Notes under the pieces: generated by a model | Seen by the model: only the letters and a program-made list of their open reading frames with translations | Database searches by the model: none | Told to the model about the DNA's origin: nothing | Assembly (NCBI RefSeq): GCF_006345805.1 | Contig: NC_043011.1 | Span: forward strand, 32,004,464 to 32,068,463 | Reading direction: 5' to 3' | Length of the DNA: 64,000 nucleotides | Source: Octopus sinensis | Taxonomy: Eukaryota | Position numbers and translations under genes: made by a program | In this document: positions 50,801 through 61,967 of the stretch, piece by piece | Layout: every line of letters begins with the position of its first letter | Position numbering within the stretch: the first letter of the stretch is position 1

Positions 50801-52535
50801 TATGGACACTGCACAGCCTGGTGTCAAGAGATCCACAAAACAAACACCTGGAGACATAGCCACTGCAACAGTAACATCAGTGAACACAAACAGTAATGAA
50901 TCGTCTGCATTTTCTGACAATGATAAAAATAATTCCAGCTCTGTTCACCCTGCTGATGAGGACATTTCTCCGACTTCAGAGGGCCTGTCGAAAGAAAGCA
51001 GTTGTAAGATGGAGTCTGATGCTGCTATTAGTGGACAGCAACCGTCCCAAACAAGTTCTGCTGTGTCTGATGCTTCAGTTTTATCTGCCGAAAGAGAGGA
51101 AAATACAAACAATAATGTTTCTAAACATCAAATATTTTTACCATTATTAGATAATAATACCTCAGTGCTATCTTTTGAATCTGACATTTTGGATAACCAG
51201 AAAGCAAGTGATGCAGTTTCATCTAAGGACAAAGATTGTAAATTGCCTCTACTTCCTTTACCTACCACATCTGAAGACTCACTCACAGTTAGGAATGAGC
51301 CTAATTCACTCTATCAGTCTCTTTATAGCATTGCATCTTCATTGTCGTCACCAGCGACATCATCTTCATCATCTCAGCAAACACATATATCTCATAATAC
51401 ATCACCAAACTCATCAAAACCTCTTTCACATTCTATTTTCTCTGTTAGTCCAAGTGCTGCTTGTCATTCCTCCTCTTCTTCTTCTTCTTCTTTGGCAACT
51501 GTTTCCAACTCAACTGCACCAAAAGAAACAAACTGTTCAAGCAGTGACAACCATTCATCAAATCCAAACGTTTTTGGCAAGGATAATGCTGGCAAGAATA
51601 AAGGTAAAGCTGAAAGTCTTCCTGTTCCTCAATATTTCAAGGAAGATAATTATAAAAGTGTAAATACTTGTTCAACATCTGAATCGCAAATGGTTAAAGT
51701 GAAAAAAACCAAGAGTAAAGTTTGTGAACCTAGCAAGGACGATAATGAAGATTCTAACTGGTCATCTTGCGAATCTTCATCACCATTTTTATGGTACGAA
51801 GAGGCAGAATTTTCATGGTCTGAACCAAAAGAATCTCCAGCCAGTCAACCAATAGAGAAATCTTGTAGCAATACTGATAGCAATGCAACTGGTTCTTATG
51901 AGTTTTCGTCTAACCTGTCACTGAACAATACTAGCATCAAATTAACCATTAAGGGGTTACCTACCAGCAGAGACCATGGCAACAAAGAAAGTGCCAAAGA
52001 TATCACAGTTAATGTGAACCAATCTCAAAATCCACACAACTCTTCCAGTAATGATTCGTCATCAAATAAGCAACCTCAGAAGAAGATATTGGGCACTGCC
52101 AGCAAAAGCAAAGATCTGTGTGAGCAGTCCTTATCTGAAGACATTCTCAAGGAGCAAGTTTCCACTGAGCCCTCAAATTTAGCGCATTGTTCCTCTCAGG
52201 ACTATTTATTTGACACTACTGAGTACTGTGGTGATCTACATAGCCACAGTTCTAAATCTAAGTCTTTTCAGTTATTGAATGAAAATTCAAATAAACCAGC
52301 TTCTCTGCTATCACAACAGAACAAGGTTTTAAACAAAGTAGATGAAGTAAAGTCAAAATTGTTTACTGCCAATAGTTCTTCTGATAAATTAAATGACACT
52401 GAGATCAACAATGAAGACTTTTCTAAATCCATGTTTCCTCTTTCTTCACAGGATTCTAAATGTGAATCGTTAAGTGTAAAAAAAGATGACTTATTAAGTG
52501 ATATTTCTAGTGGTGATGACACAAACACATCATAA
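47826..52535 (+). CDS. TOPORS: TOPORS-like E3 ubiquitin/SUMO ligase, 1569 aa from the first ATG, single large exon
   Basis: C3HC4 RING CSICLSKLENKSFTDSCFHTFCYVCLLEWSKIKTECPLCKQPF (48090-48206), followed by Topors-typical FRYRTT, HRLAPWLNRELNALL and FIHEFENFAKSP, SIM-like DDDVIVLSP and DSDVIIT, RS repeats and a KH-rich basic tract. Splice acceptor ttctatattcag| at 47815 implies upstream 5' exon(s). Confidence 0.95.
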   Translation: MEKGERKKRKDTDKKDRRKGKKEGSKGSSSTAASATSLSQSSELANNETGLGTNSANEKDIGNPKIGEEEKNADKESDGSQRQSPEPNCSICLSKLENKSFTDSCFHTFCYVCLLEWSKIKTECPLCKQPFKSIIHNVRSYDDYDQYDVQKHEPPNEKRFRYRTTLTIDRLLGLQNQHQRDEILMAPQQLDYNTRPGLRRSLRRSQQQQTQTASVEFRRNIYRNNLRVVKNRHLHGCRNIKPDFLRKNPTAVHRLAPWLNRELNALLRNQENHVTFVMELILDLVKRYPISSEEFYQHIFPFVGRNTLQFIHEFENFAKSPLHDMRSYDANSQYMPFTQLVDTSEASSSDDDVIVLSPRETTTATATATTSGNQSSISLSISLGHPSQQIVMTSSSWEPSAETSQNDREATTSQTAISGWESPQPGPSGIFSTSVTEPSTSAVESTSHDTSLVSSSMKSEPTDQRPDKKDNSSSDSSGTELNRDEENDDGDSDVIITAYEKPWAERSPILISDLDDDSVEEETEETKDKNSLTVVRQPSTSGENAKEGHSEKRKSSRKERGQSRTRHRYVSSSSYSGERRHRHSHRLSHYSYSQSNSSRSRSRSRSRSRRSKSKRTSSYSREERSRCRYQRDEATASSSSSLQLHISQKSIMFPLSCNNYYRVGYPHRSSQPDLSSGIYNYDTNYNNESCRKRDGYRPSSPVVSQNRSRSSSVEIIACKRRRKSHKKHKKHKHRRHHRSKHTSSKLSSHCDSVSDSNYLNNLDVVALSPQPTSTFKKHCSGHKSSKRYQGTSVNTDDVSIIDNVHEESSCLNKFSSYHLKPSSTATVATCSHVLDPGLAGSNLLEDLTADNSSYLSGAIGADVIVQSEDNTDKHCLKEPAVLGDSSKNIDLDDISHAISVPVSTCGSLAEINDPDLKLMFSDFCMDKSAKAASTAHTATSSTANESLDDFNLLSNSSIPSWSCSSSSEPCSVTNEKKDSSTCHTAGNVSCCSMDTAQPGVKRSTKQTPGDIATATVTSVNTNSNESSAFSDNDKNNSSSVHPADEDISPTSEGLSKESSCKMESDAAISGQQPSQTSSAVSDASVLSAEREENTNNNVSKHQIFLPLLDNNTSVLSFESDILDNQKASDAVSSKDKDCKLPLLPLPTTSEDSLTVRNEPNSLYQSLYSIASSLSSPATSSSSSQQTHISHNTSPNSSKPLSHSIFSVSPSAACHSSSSSSSSLATVSNSTAPKETNCSSSDNHSSNPNVFGKDNAGKNKGKAESLPVPQYFKEDNYKSVNTCSTSESQMVKVKKTKSKVCEPSKDDNEDSNWSSCESSSPFLWYEEAEFSWSEPKESPASQPIEKSCSNTDSNATGSYEFSSNLSLNNTSIKLTIKGLPTSRDHGNKESAKDITVNVNQSQNPHNSSSNDSSSNKQPQKKILGTASKSKDLCEQSLSEDILKEQVSTEPSNLAHCSSQDYLFDTTEYCGDLHSHSSKSKSFQLLNENSNKPASLLSQQNKVLNKVDEVKSKLFTANSSSDKLNDTEINNEDFSKSMFPLSSQDSKCESLSVKKDDLLSDISSGDDTNTS

Positions 52536-52809
52536 AGTCTTAAATATCAACCTTTAAACATACACGAAGTCTTAAATATTGGTCCTAAAACCCCACTTTA
52601 TTCCAAAACAATTAAAAGGAAATGTCTAGAATGATTGTTTGTTCTGCCTAGTTATTTAACCCATGTGTGTGTGTGTGTGTGTGTGTATGAGAGAAAGAGA
52701 GAAATATATGTATCTTTATATATATATATGCACATGGCATCTGATGTGATGGACATGTCCTACATGCCCATGGAACCTTAATTCATGTGGAGCTGGGTCA
52801 AACCATTAT

Positions 52810-53077
52810 ATCATGTATAAGTATGTATATATATATATATATATGAATGTGTGAGTGTGTGTATATATATTTGAATATGTGTGTATGTATGTGTATATAT
52901 ATATATATGAATGTGTGAGTGTGTGTATATATATTTGAATATGTGTGTGTCTGTTTATGTATGTATATGTGTGTGTGTGTATTTATATATATATATATGT
53001 GTGTCTGTTTATGTATGTATATATGTGTGTGTGTGTATTTATATATATATGTGTCTGTGTTTATGTGTGTATGTGTG

Positions 53078-53112
<35 letters not shown>

Positions 53113-53186
53113 ACCCTGTATTATTTTTTCTGCCATATATGTAACAAGGTATAGGTGTAGGTATTTTTTAATCAAAATTAATCACT

Positions 53187-53236
<50 letters not shown>

Positions 53237-53255
53237 ATATATATATATATATGAT
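52810..53255. repeat. Compound (TA)n/(TG)n microsatellite just downstream of the TOPORS stop codon
   Basis: Direct reading; includes a duplicated ~55-bp higher-order unit. Confidence 0.9.
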
Positions 53256-54730
53256 TTCATTGTCCTCGTGAAATCATCATGAAATATTTGCTAATAATGT
53301 TATTTCTGAATATTTTCTATTCCATTAGATATTTGATAACATTTCAGTCTTCAGCAAAATAACATTTCCCAAGCTCTTTCACCTCGTTTACTGCTGTTAG
53401 AGCTCTGATGTCTTTCTCAGCCTAGTTTTTATTGCAGTAAATTTTCAGGGATTACTGTTTAAAAGTTACCTAATAATCTCTCATAGGAAAATTTTACATG
53501 GAAACAAAAAAAAAAAATTATTTTTTCAATTTTTCTTGACTGTTTTGATTAGAGGAAAATTTCTTGCAACTGACAGGATCATGCACCAGAGGATTTTTTT
53601 TGCTCAGAAATTGTATCTCCTTCTCCAACCCTGAAACCTCTTCTCCTTCCCTCCCTCCACTCCAATATAATATTATGACAAAATTACGCGTTTAAAATTT
53701 TTTTATTTTTTGCATCATTATTTTATGGTAATTATTCTGCCTTAGTTTTCTGTCTTAAACCACTTTAGAATTACAAAATACTTTTCATAGTGAACGATTT
53801 TTTTTTTTTTTTTAAAGATATTTGAAGGTTTTGTTGGGCTTTTTTTTTTTAGTTTTTTGTCGTTTTTTTTTTCTTGGGCTCTTGTAGACATCTCCAATTG
53901 TTATAATCTTTCTCTTCAATTTTACCCTCCGTAAATACAACCATGTGTTTTAATCTCCCACCCTCCTTCCCAAAGAAACTTTATCACTGATGTCAAATAT
54001 ATCATTTATATTTATACTGCTTTCCTATATTCATACATATACATACAAACACACACATTATATATATATTCACATACGCACACACCCACATATATATATA
54101 TATATATATATATTCACATATATATACACACACACATGCATATCTATATACACACATATACATATATGTGTATATATGTATATATGACAAATATGAACTC
54201 TAATTTGCAATTTATTGCTAAAACCAATGAAATGTTGACTGTAACAGACACCAAATGACCATTGTGTAAATACTAAATACCTTGCTACCCTAACTATGAT
54301 CTTATGATTCTTTTTGTATAATACATATATATATATATATTTCCTAAATGGAACAAATAAAAAGATTTCAACCTAATGACTCATCTGCAACTTCCAGCTG
54401 CCTAAAATAAAGGAGAAATTACACTTTCAAAACAATGAGTGACCAAAAAAAAGCAAAAAAGAAATTGAAAAAAAAAAAAGCAAAAAAGGGATAAAATGAA
54501 ATGAAATAATGAAAAAATAAATGTTTTAAACGAAATATTTTTCGACCTGAGATTATTGTTTGAGAAGCAAAATTACTTCTGTATATTTTCAGGTTGTGAT
54601 ATTTTGCCAGTATTGTTGAAATATTTATATATCTATTAACAAATTGCTTGGAATATTTTAGAAATTTTTTTTATCCATTTGTTGTTATTTAATGCCAAAT
54701 CAACTGTGATGGAGCAGATCTATTGGTTAA

Positions 54731-55391
54731 CCCCTTCAGCATTCAGATTATTTTGTCAAATGCAATACTTTTCTATTGACATTGTTTTGAAGTAATCCTG
54801 CATTATTTTGTAGCTTTGGGATTTCAATGTTGTGATTGTTTATTTTTAGAATGACATTGTAGGGTAAGTGTGAGAGACCAGATCTGGTCAGTTTGAACAT
54901 GAAACAGAGGATGACTAGTTTAAATGCTTAAGTGTTAACCCCTTTCGCATTCAGTTTACTGTCAGATGTAATGCTTATTTATTCAGTTTGTTTTGAATTA
55001 ATCACGCATTATCTCATGGCTTTGAAATTTCAATGATGTGATTTATTTTTAGAATGATATTGTAGGATAGGTTTAAAGGCCAGAATTGGCTGATTTAAGG
55101 CGGCAAGCTGGCGGAAACATTAGCACGCCGGGAAAAATGCTTAGCGGTATTTCGTCTGCCGCTATGTTCTGAGTTCAAATTCCGCCAAGGTCGACTTTGC
55201 CTTTCATCCTTTCAGGATCGATTAAAAAAGTACCAGTTACACATTAGGGTCGATATAATCGACTTAATCCGTTTGTTTGTCCCCTCTGTGTGGTAGCCCC
55301 TTGTGGGCAGTAAAGAAATAAGAATTGGCGGATTTAACACAAAACAGGTAGATATTTTGGGCCAAATATGATCAGTTTAAATGTGAAAGAG
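54731..55391. mobile_element. Two head-to-tail piggyBac-type MITE family 2 copies sharing one TTAA (54935-54938); second copy interrupted by a SINE
   Basis: Both start ttaacccc..gcattcag; the second resumes after the SINE and ends gaaagag|ttaa. Confidence 0.8.
55099..55320 (+). mobile_element. tRNA-derived SINE family B (Nin/Deu-type core), full length with 17-bp TSD
   Basis: ggcggcaagctggc head, core gcctttcatcctttc.gg.tcgat.aaa..aagtaccag; TSD agaattggc(t/g)gatttaa. Other copies at 543-703, 835-1066, 16170-16345, 27360-27565, 41025-41440, 57065-57632, 62005-62210. Confidence 0.85.
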
Positions 55392-56409
55392 TTAAAGGCA
55401 TTTCAGCCATGACTATGTCATTCAATTTACAGGCTTAGTGTACCTCGGACAGCATTGTCCGTTTTTTTTTCTTTTTCTTTTGTACTTTTTTTACTGTAAG
55501 GTATGATTTAAGAGAAATTTAGTTGTTTTAGCAGACCTAGTAACTGCATTAAGTTTCTCTCATCGGCTCATCAAGCCTTTGAGTTTTTTTCCTGCTCAAT
55601 GACAACTTCTAAAGTCTAAATTTTTAGATCCACATCTGGTTTAACCATTTCACAGCAAAAGTGAAAGCAAATATGTAGAGTAATGATGAAGATGAATGAG
55701 TAGGATATGCAAACATTTTATTCAACTGGAATTTATTTGATATCACATTTTGTCAACAACAATAGCATCATTGGTTACAAGTTTCCAACAGGCCAACCTC
55801 TGGTTTGTAACATTTTCAATTGCAAAGGTGACATGGGTTTGATTGCACAACCTGGGTAGTACATATCACAAGGAACTTCATTATTTGAAAGCATCAGTTT
55901 ATTGGTTTTTCTAGTTGACGTTTGCATCTTCCACCAATACATACATACATATATATGGAAATCAAATTCAATGACTGGCGTCTGTGCTAGTGGAGCGCTA
56001 AGAGCACCATCCGAGCGTGATCGTTACCAGAGCAGCTAACTGGCTTCCGTGCCGGTGGCACGTAAAAAGCATCATTCGAGCATGATCGTTACCAGTGTCG
56101 CCTTACTGGTTGACAATGCCGCTGGACTGACTCCTGTGCAGGTGGCACGTAAAAAACACCATTTGAGCATAGCCATTGCCACTACCGCCTGACTGGCTCT
56201 CATGCTGGTGGCACGTTAAAGCACCCACTACACTCTCGGAGTGTTTGGCATTAGGAAGGGCATCCAGCTGTAGAAACTCTGCCAGATCAGATTGGAGCCT
56301 GGTGCAGCCATCTGGTTCACCAGTCCTCAGTCAAATCGTCCAACCCATGCTAGCATGGAAAGTGGACATTAAATGATGATAGAGGAAATCAGAGAGCTTT
56401 TACCTTTTT

Positions 56410-56830
56410 GGCTAAGAAAGGAAGATTGTACAATGCATGTATACAGACAGCAATTCTACATGATAGTGGACCCTGAACGCAGAGAACATGCGAAGGTTAG
56501 AGAGAAATGAGGTTAGTAAAATCCGCTGGATGTGTAATGTAAGTGTACATGTTTGGCAGAGTGCTTGTGTATTGAGAGAGGAATTAGATGCTGTGTGCAA
56601 GAGAGAAGACTGCATTGGTTTGGTCATGTGATGTGGATAAATTCCATCAGCTCCATAAAGAAGTGTCGATCTCTCAAAGTAGCTGCAACATGTAGAAGAG
56701 GGAGACCCAGGAAGACATGGGACAAAATACTGAAGGACAATCTCAGGATGCTGAACTTTTTAGATGAGATGACAAAGGACCAAGATACCTGGCACTTTGG
56801 TGTACTCAAGAAGACCTGTACTCCATTGTA
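56410..56830 (+). mobile_element. RTE LINE 3' coding fragment
   Basis: GIRCCVQERRLHWFGHVMW...GRPRKTWDKIL, the RTE C-terminal signature. Confidence 0.85.
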
Positions 56831-57636
56831 GAAGCCTTAAGGCTGCTGGTGAAGAGGATTGGCCTATAAGAGTCATGTGCTGGTGCCACATAAAAAGCAC
56901 TCACGCCAGTGCCATGTAAGAGCACCCGGCCATAGAAACCATGCCAAATCAGAATGGAGTCTGGAGTAACCTGCCGGCTCTTGTCAAGCTGTCCAACCCA
57001 TGACAGCATGGAAAATGGCTGTTTAATGATGGTGATGATATATATGTATATATTATTATTAAGTAGCATACTAGGTGAAATGCTTAGTGGCATTTCATCC
57101 CTCTTTACATTCTGAGTTCAGATTTTGCCATGGTCGACTTTGCTATTCATCCTTTTGGAGTCAATAAATTAAGCACCAGCTGTGTACTGGGGTCGATGTA
57201 ATCGACTAGTCCCCTCTCCCAAAATTCCAGGCCTTGTGCTTTTAGCAGAAAGAATTATTATCAAGGCAGTGAGCTGGCAGAATCGTTTGCATGCTGAACA
57301 AAATGTTTAATGGTATTTCGACTTTGCTTTCATCTTTTTGGGGTTGATAAATTAAGTACTAGCTATGTACTGGGGTTGATGTGATCGAATTATCCACACC
57401 ACTACCACACAAATTTCAGGTCAGGTGGCAATCTGGTAGAATCGCTAGCACGCTGGTTGCAATGTATTTAGCCCACCGCTATGTGCTGAGTTCAAATTCT
57501 GCCGAGGTCGACTTCGCCTTTTATTCTTTCAGAATTGATAAATTAAGTACCAGTCATGTACTGGGTCAATGTAATTGACTATCGCCTGCCCCTCAGATTC
57601 CAGGCCTTATGCCTATAGTAGAAAGGATTATTATCA

Positions 57637-58075
57637 TACAGAGTAATTCAAAATGAATGGTACAAAAAGAAAACATACCTGTGGGTGTTGTAACGAATAT
57701 ATTACAAAAATACAGAAGTAAGACAAGAGCTTAACTCTTCAAGTTTCTACTGATAGTCACAGATGTCCCATGTGGGGGCCCTTTTCCATACCTGTGCCAG
57801 CATAGCCAGATCAATTGAGTCAACAACATCGCCTACCCACTGCTTTAACTCCTGTAAATCTTGTGGAAATTGGGGTATGAACACCTTGTCTTTCAGATAC
57901 CCCAAAAGGAAAAGCCACAGGGTATTAGGTTGAGGAACCAGGTAGAGAAAGAAAAGCACCAATGGCAAATTGTACACTTCAGTATGGCCCATCCAGTGCA
58001 GAAAGATGTTGATTGAAGTAATCATGTACTTGTCTATACCAATGTAGTGAGGCCCTGTCTTATTGCATTATGATA
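57637..58075 (-). mobile_element. Tc1/mariner relic (maT/rosa-type C-terminus)
   Basis: LWLFLLGYLKDKVFIPQFPQDLQELKQ resembles the LDFFLWGYLKDKV motif; terminus tacagagtaattcaaaatgaatgg near 57637. Confidence 0.7.
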
Positions 58076-58779
58076 TCAAGTACCTCTTCTTCCAAATGGA
58101 TAGCATGTTAAGGTAAGTGCACCCTGTAATGGTTGACTAGATCTTGAGGTGCTGTGCAATGGGACTGAACCCAACACCCAATTGCTGGGAAGCAAGGTTC
58201 TTAACCACACAGTCTCACCTGCACCTTTGCCACAGCTGTGCCTAAGAGGAGCTGTGATATCCAAGACTTTCCCAAAGGTAATGAGATAAAGAAAATGGTT
58301 ACAACTGGTTATAAATGTCATATTCAGCTTTTCAAGAGCTATGTTTTTTTGGGTTTTTTTTTCATCACAGTGCCCTCCACATTTCTATGTAATAAAACAG
58401 AACATGTCACCTTCATCAAAATCCAGAAATAGATACTTTACTCTTGTTGAATTCATTATAAGAAATTGGATAAGATCAGTAATCATGGATAACAAACAAG
58501 GTTCCTGAAGCCTTTTATTCCACATGCCTTAAGAGAACCTGAAATATGTTAGATTCTTCACTATTCAAGACATTTTAGCACATACTTATAAACTCCCTTA
58601 GCCTTGATATATATATATATATAGTTTGAAGGGGAGAAAAGTTCCCATGATCTTTTGGGGGACACTTAAGGCTAGTGAGAGGGGCAGGAGGAAGTTATCT
58701 TCAAACCAGGGACCTGGTTAAAAGGTTTTATAAAAATTTACAACTATTGTATGAACATAAGGGTACATATATATACATA

Positions 58780-60025
58780 CAGGGGTTGGACAAAATAATG
58801 GAAACACCTAGCATCATAATTTTGAAATATCTATAAAACCGTCAAAAGCTTGTTTATTTTTATGCTTTTTGATTTATTATTAGTGTTGCTTAATAAGTTT
58901 TTCTAAATTTTGTTGTTTCCTTTCATATATCATCAGAAAAAGGTATTTAAAATTCATTAAAATGACAGATTTATCGAACTTTCAAAGAGGTCAAATTGTT
59001 GGTGCTCGTATAGCAGGCACTAGCATAATGAAAACAGCCGAAATATTTGGTGTATCAAAGAAGTACTGTCTCAAAAGTAATGACACACTTTGAGAAGGAG
59101 GGAAAAACCTCCTCGTTGAAACAAAATTCCAGAAGAAAACCAAAACTTTCAGATAGGGATCGTCGGTCTCTTACGCAAATTGTTAGAAAGGATCACAAAA
59201 TTACTGCAGAGCTCAATGACCACCTCGAGAACCCAGTTTCCACAAAAACTGTTCACCAGGAGCTGCACAAAGCCGGATTTCACAAGAAGGCTGCAATCAG
59301 AAACCAACTACTTTCATAAACAAACATTGCAAAGTGTTTAGAGTGGAGTAAAAACCTACAGAATTGGTCCCTAGAGCAGTGGAAGAAAGTTATTTTCTCG
59401 GAATAGTTATCCTTTACTGTATTTCCAACCACCAGCCGAATATACATGTGGAAACAGCCAAAAGAAGCATTTGACCCAGACTGCCTTCCAACTATTAAGC
59501 ATGGAGGAGGATCTGGGGGGGGGGGGGCTATATCTTGGAAATCCGCCGGCCCAATATTTTCCCTTCATGGTAGAATTAATAGTCAAGACTATTTAAACAT
59601 TTTATCTGATCAAATTCATCCTATGATTGCGGAACTGTTTCCAGAGGGAAACACAATCTGTCAGGATGATAAGGCACCAATTCACACAGCTAAAATTGTT
59701 ACTGAATGGCACGAGGAATGTTCTAGTGAAGTTGAACATCTTATCTGGCCACCACAGTTGCAAGATATCTATATTATTGAACATTTATGGTGCATTTTAG
59801 AAAAACAAGTAAGGAATCAATATCTTCCACCATCATTACTACAAGAACTGGAGACTGTTTTAGCTGAAGAATGGACAAAAATTCCTATAGAAACAACTGA
59901 AACTTTGTATGAGTCCACACCTCGTAGAATTCAAGCTGTAATTACTGCCAAAGGCGGTCCTACCCCATATTAAAATAAATTTGTTTGAAATTTTAAGGTG
60001 TTTCCATTATTTTGTCCAAACATAT
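58780..60025 (+). pseudogene. Tc1-like DD34E transposon, full length but disrupted
   Basis: TA|CAGGGGTTGGACAAAATAATGGAAACACCT left end; 24-bp match ttggacaaaataatggaaacacct at the right end. ATG 58962 MTDLSNFQRGQIVGAR, QDDKAPIH and IEHLW motifs, stop 59973; frameshifts and stops split the ORF. Confidence 0.92.
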
Positions 60026-61179
60026 TGTGACTTAAATATATGTATGTGTGTGTGTGCGTAAATATTATGCAATGGGCTCCTTTCAGTTTCTTTCTACCAA
60101 ATCCACTCACAATGCTTTGATTGGGCCCAGGATTAGAATAAAAGACACTTGCTTAAAGTGCTATGCAATAAGATTGAACCTGATACCAATGGGTTGGGAA
60201 GCAAAGTTCTTAACCATATCTGTACCTATTACTATGACATGTCTAGGAATGACACCAAATAACAACCATCTTGGACTGTGACATACCCTTCAACCCATAT
60301 CACCACACACAGCTGGTATTATGATGATTTTTTTTGTAGATTCATCCTTACAATTCCACCATGGAGAATTGGATTTTGATGAAGATGACATGTTCTGTTT
60401 TATTAAATAAAAATAAGGAGGGCATGCTGGTAAAAAACAACAAACAAAACCTATTTTTACCTATATGTTCTGTTATTCACCTTTCTCTGATTCATTTAAC
60501 ATGGTGATTTTTGGAATCAAACAACTGTAACAGACAATAGACGTACCTGTTTAGGACAATTTACTGGCAGAAATGTTGAGTGTCAGAAATCATCCTCATC
60601 ATCATTTAGCATCCGCTTTCCACGCTGGCATGGGTTAAATGGCTTAACCGATAGTTACAAGCTGAAGAGCTGCACCAAGTTCCAACCTGATTTAGCATGG
60701 TTTCTATGGCTGGATGTCTTTTCTGCCTCCAGTTTTTGCAATATTTGTTATAGCTCTTTGTGTTCTGAGTTCAATTCCTGCAGTAGCCATTTGGCAAATA
60801 GACTTAATCCATCATCCAATTTAAATTGTTTCACCTGACACTTTGGTGCGTTCAGTGGAGTTCACTCAGTTGCAAGCCTTCAAGCCAATTGCCTGGTTTA
60901 AGTAAACCTTCCTTTCAACCTCCCATGAGTCTCAAAGACTCTATTGAAAGGAGCAATGGCACAGCTCTTCACTTGACCCCAACAAGAATTGAAATCATGA
61001 CTATGTAATGAAACTAAATACTAGCATTGCACTATTTCAGCTATCTCCATGGTTTTCTGTAATAGCAGGAAAAAAATCCCCTTAACAATGCTGTCTCAAG
61101 TCCTAGAACTCCTAGGGCTGATTGCCCAATTTCTATGATCTTTAAGTGACCGAGATCACAACATTCTGCCAGTCTGTCG

Positions 61180-61241
61180 TATTATCGACATTGCTTCAGC
61201 TGTAAATAAGTATACTTACAGCTGAAGCAAGGTCGATAATA
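61180..61241. repeat. Near-perfect 62-nt hairpin
   Basis: 26-bp arms tattatcgac(a/c)ttgcttcagctgtaa with one mismatch, 10-nt spacer. Confidence 0.9.
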
Positions 61242-61704
61242 TGAATGATTAAATTTCAACAGTTCTTATAGCCCACTGTTTGTATTATAGTGCACTGTTG
61301 TGTCATTCAAAATATTTTATTCTTTATAATAATAATAATAATGGTTTCAAATTTAGTCACATGGGAGCAATTTTTCTTGAGGGGAGGGGATGAGTTGATT
61401 ACATTAACCCCAGTGTTCAACTGGTACTTATTTTATCAACCTCGAAAGGATGAAAGGTAAAGTCGACTCAGCGGAATTTGAACTCAGATCATAGTGACAA
61501 GCAAAAGCATTGTGTTCAATACCACCTAATCTGAAAAAACTGAAAACCTTAGAGATACCCTACAATCTAGGTGTATTGCAAAAGTCAGCATTACTTGCAT
61601 ATTGTGTAAAATACTGTCTGTCTGAGGTTCTTGTGACTTGACAAACAGTACAAGGCCCTGGTAGACACGATATCTTCAATCAACAACCTCACAATATTGT
61701 ATAC

Positions 61705-61967
61705 CAGTGGTTCCCAAAGTGGGACGGTGGAAAGTTTTAAGGGGGCGTTGAAGAAAAGTGGGGCGATAATTGAGGGGATAATGGAATGGCGATTCATGTA
61801 AAAACAACGAAATAAAACTTAGGTTAAGTTTTATATGTGAAATACAGTTGCTTTGAATTTGCTTCAGAAAGAGGTCTAGGCTGGTGATGGTTAGTTGGAG
61901 TCAGGGCGCTAGGAATGTGGCCTGGGTGTCAAGGGGGCGGCAATCTGAAAATGTCTGGGAACCACTG
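61705..61967. mobile_element. hAT (Charlie-type) MITE, 263 bp
   Basis: TIR CAGTGGTTCCCA at both ends; perfect 8-bp TSD TTGTATAC (61697-61704, 61968-61975). Confidence 0.92.

Noticed and set aside
47995-52528. Short alternative-frame and antisense ORFs within TOPORS
   Set aside because: Shadows of the main ORF with no recognisable domains.
55740-55935. Minus-strand ~60-codon ORF followed by AATAAA
   Set aside because: No convincing acceptor or recognisable homology; length is within chance expectation.
60343-60412. Possible terminal exon (DSSLQFHHGELDFDEDDMFCFIK*)
   Set aside because: Only 23 codons after a T-rich AG; no partner exons identified.
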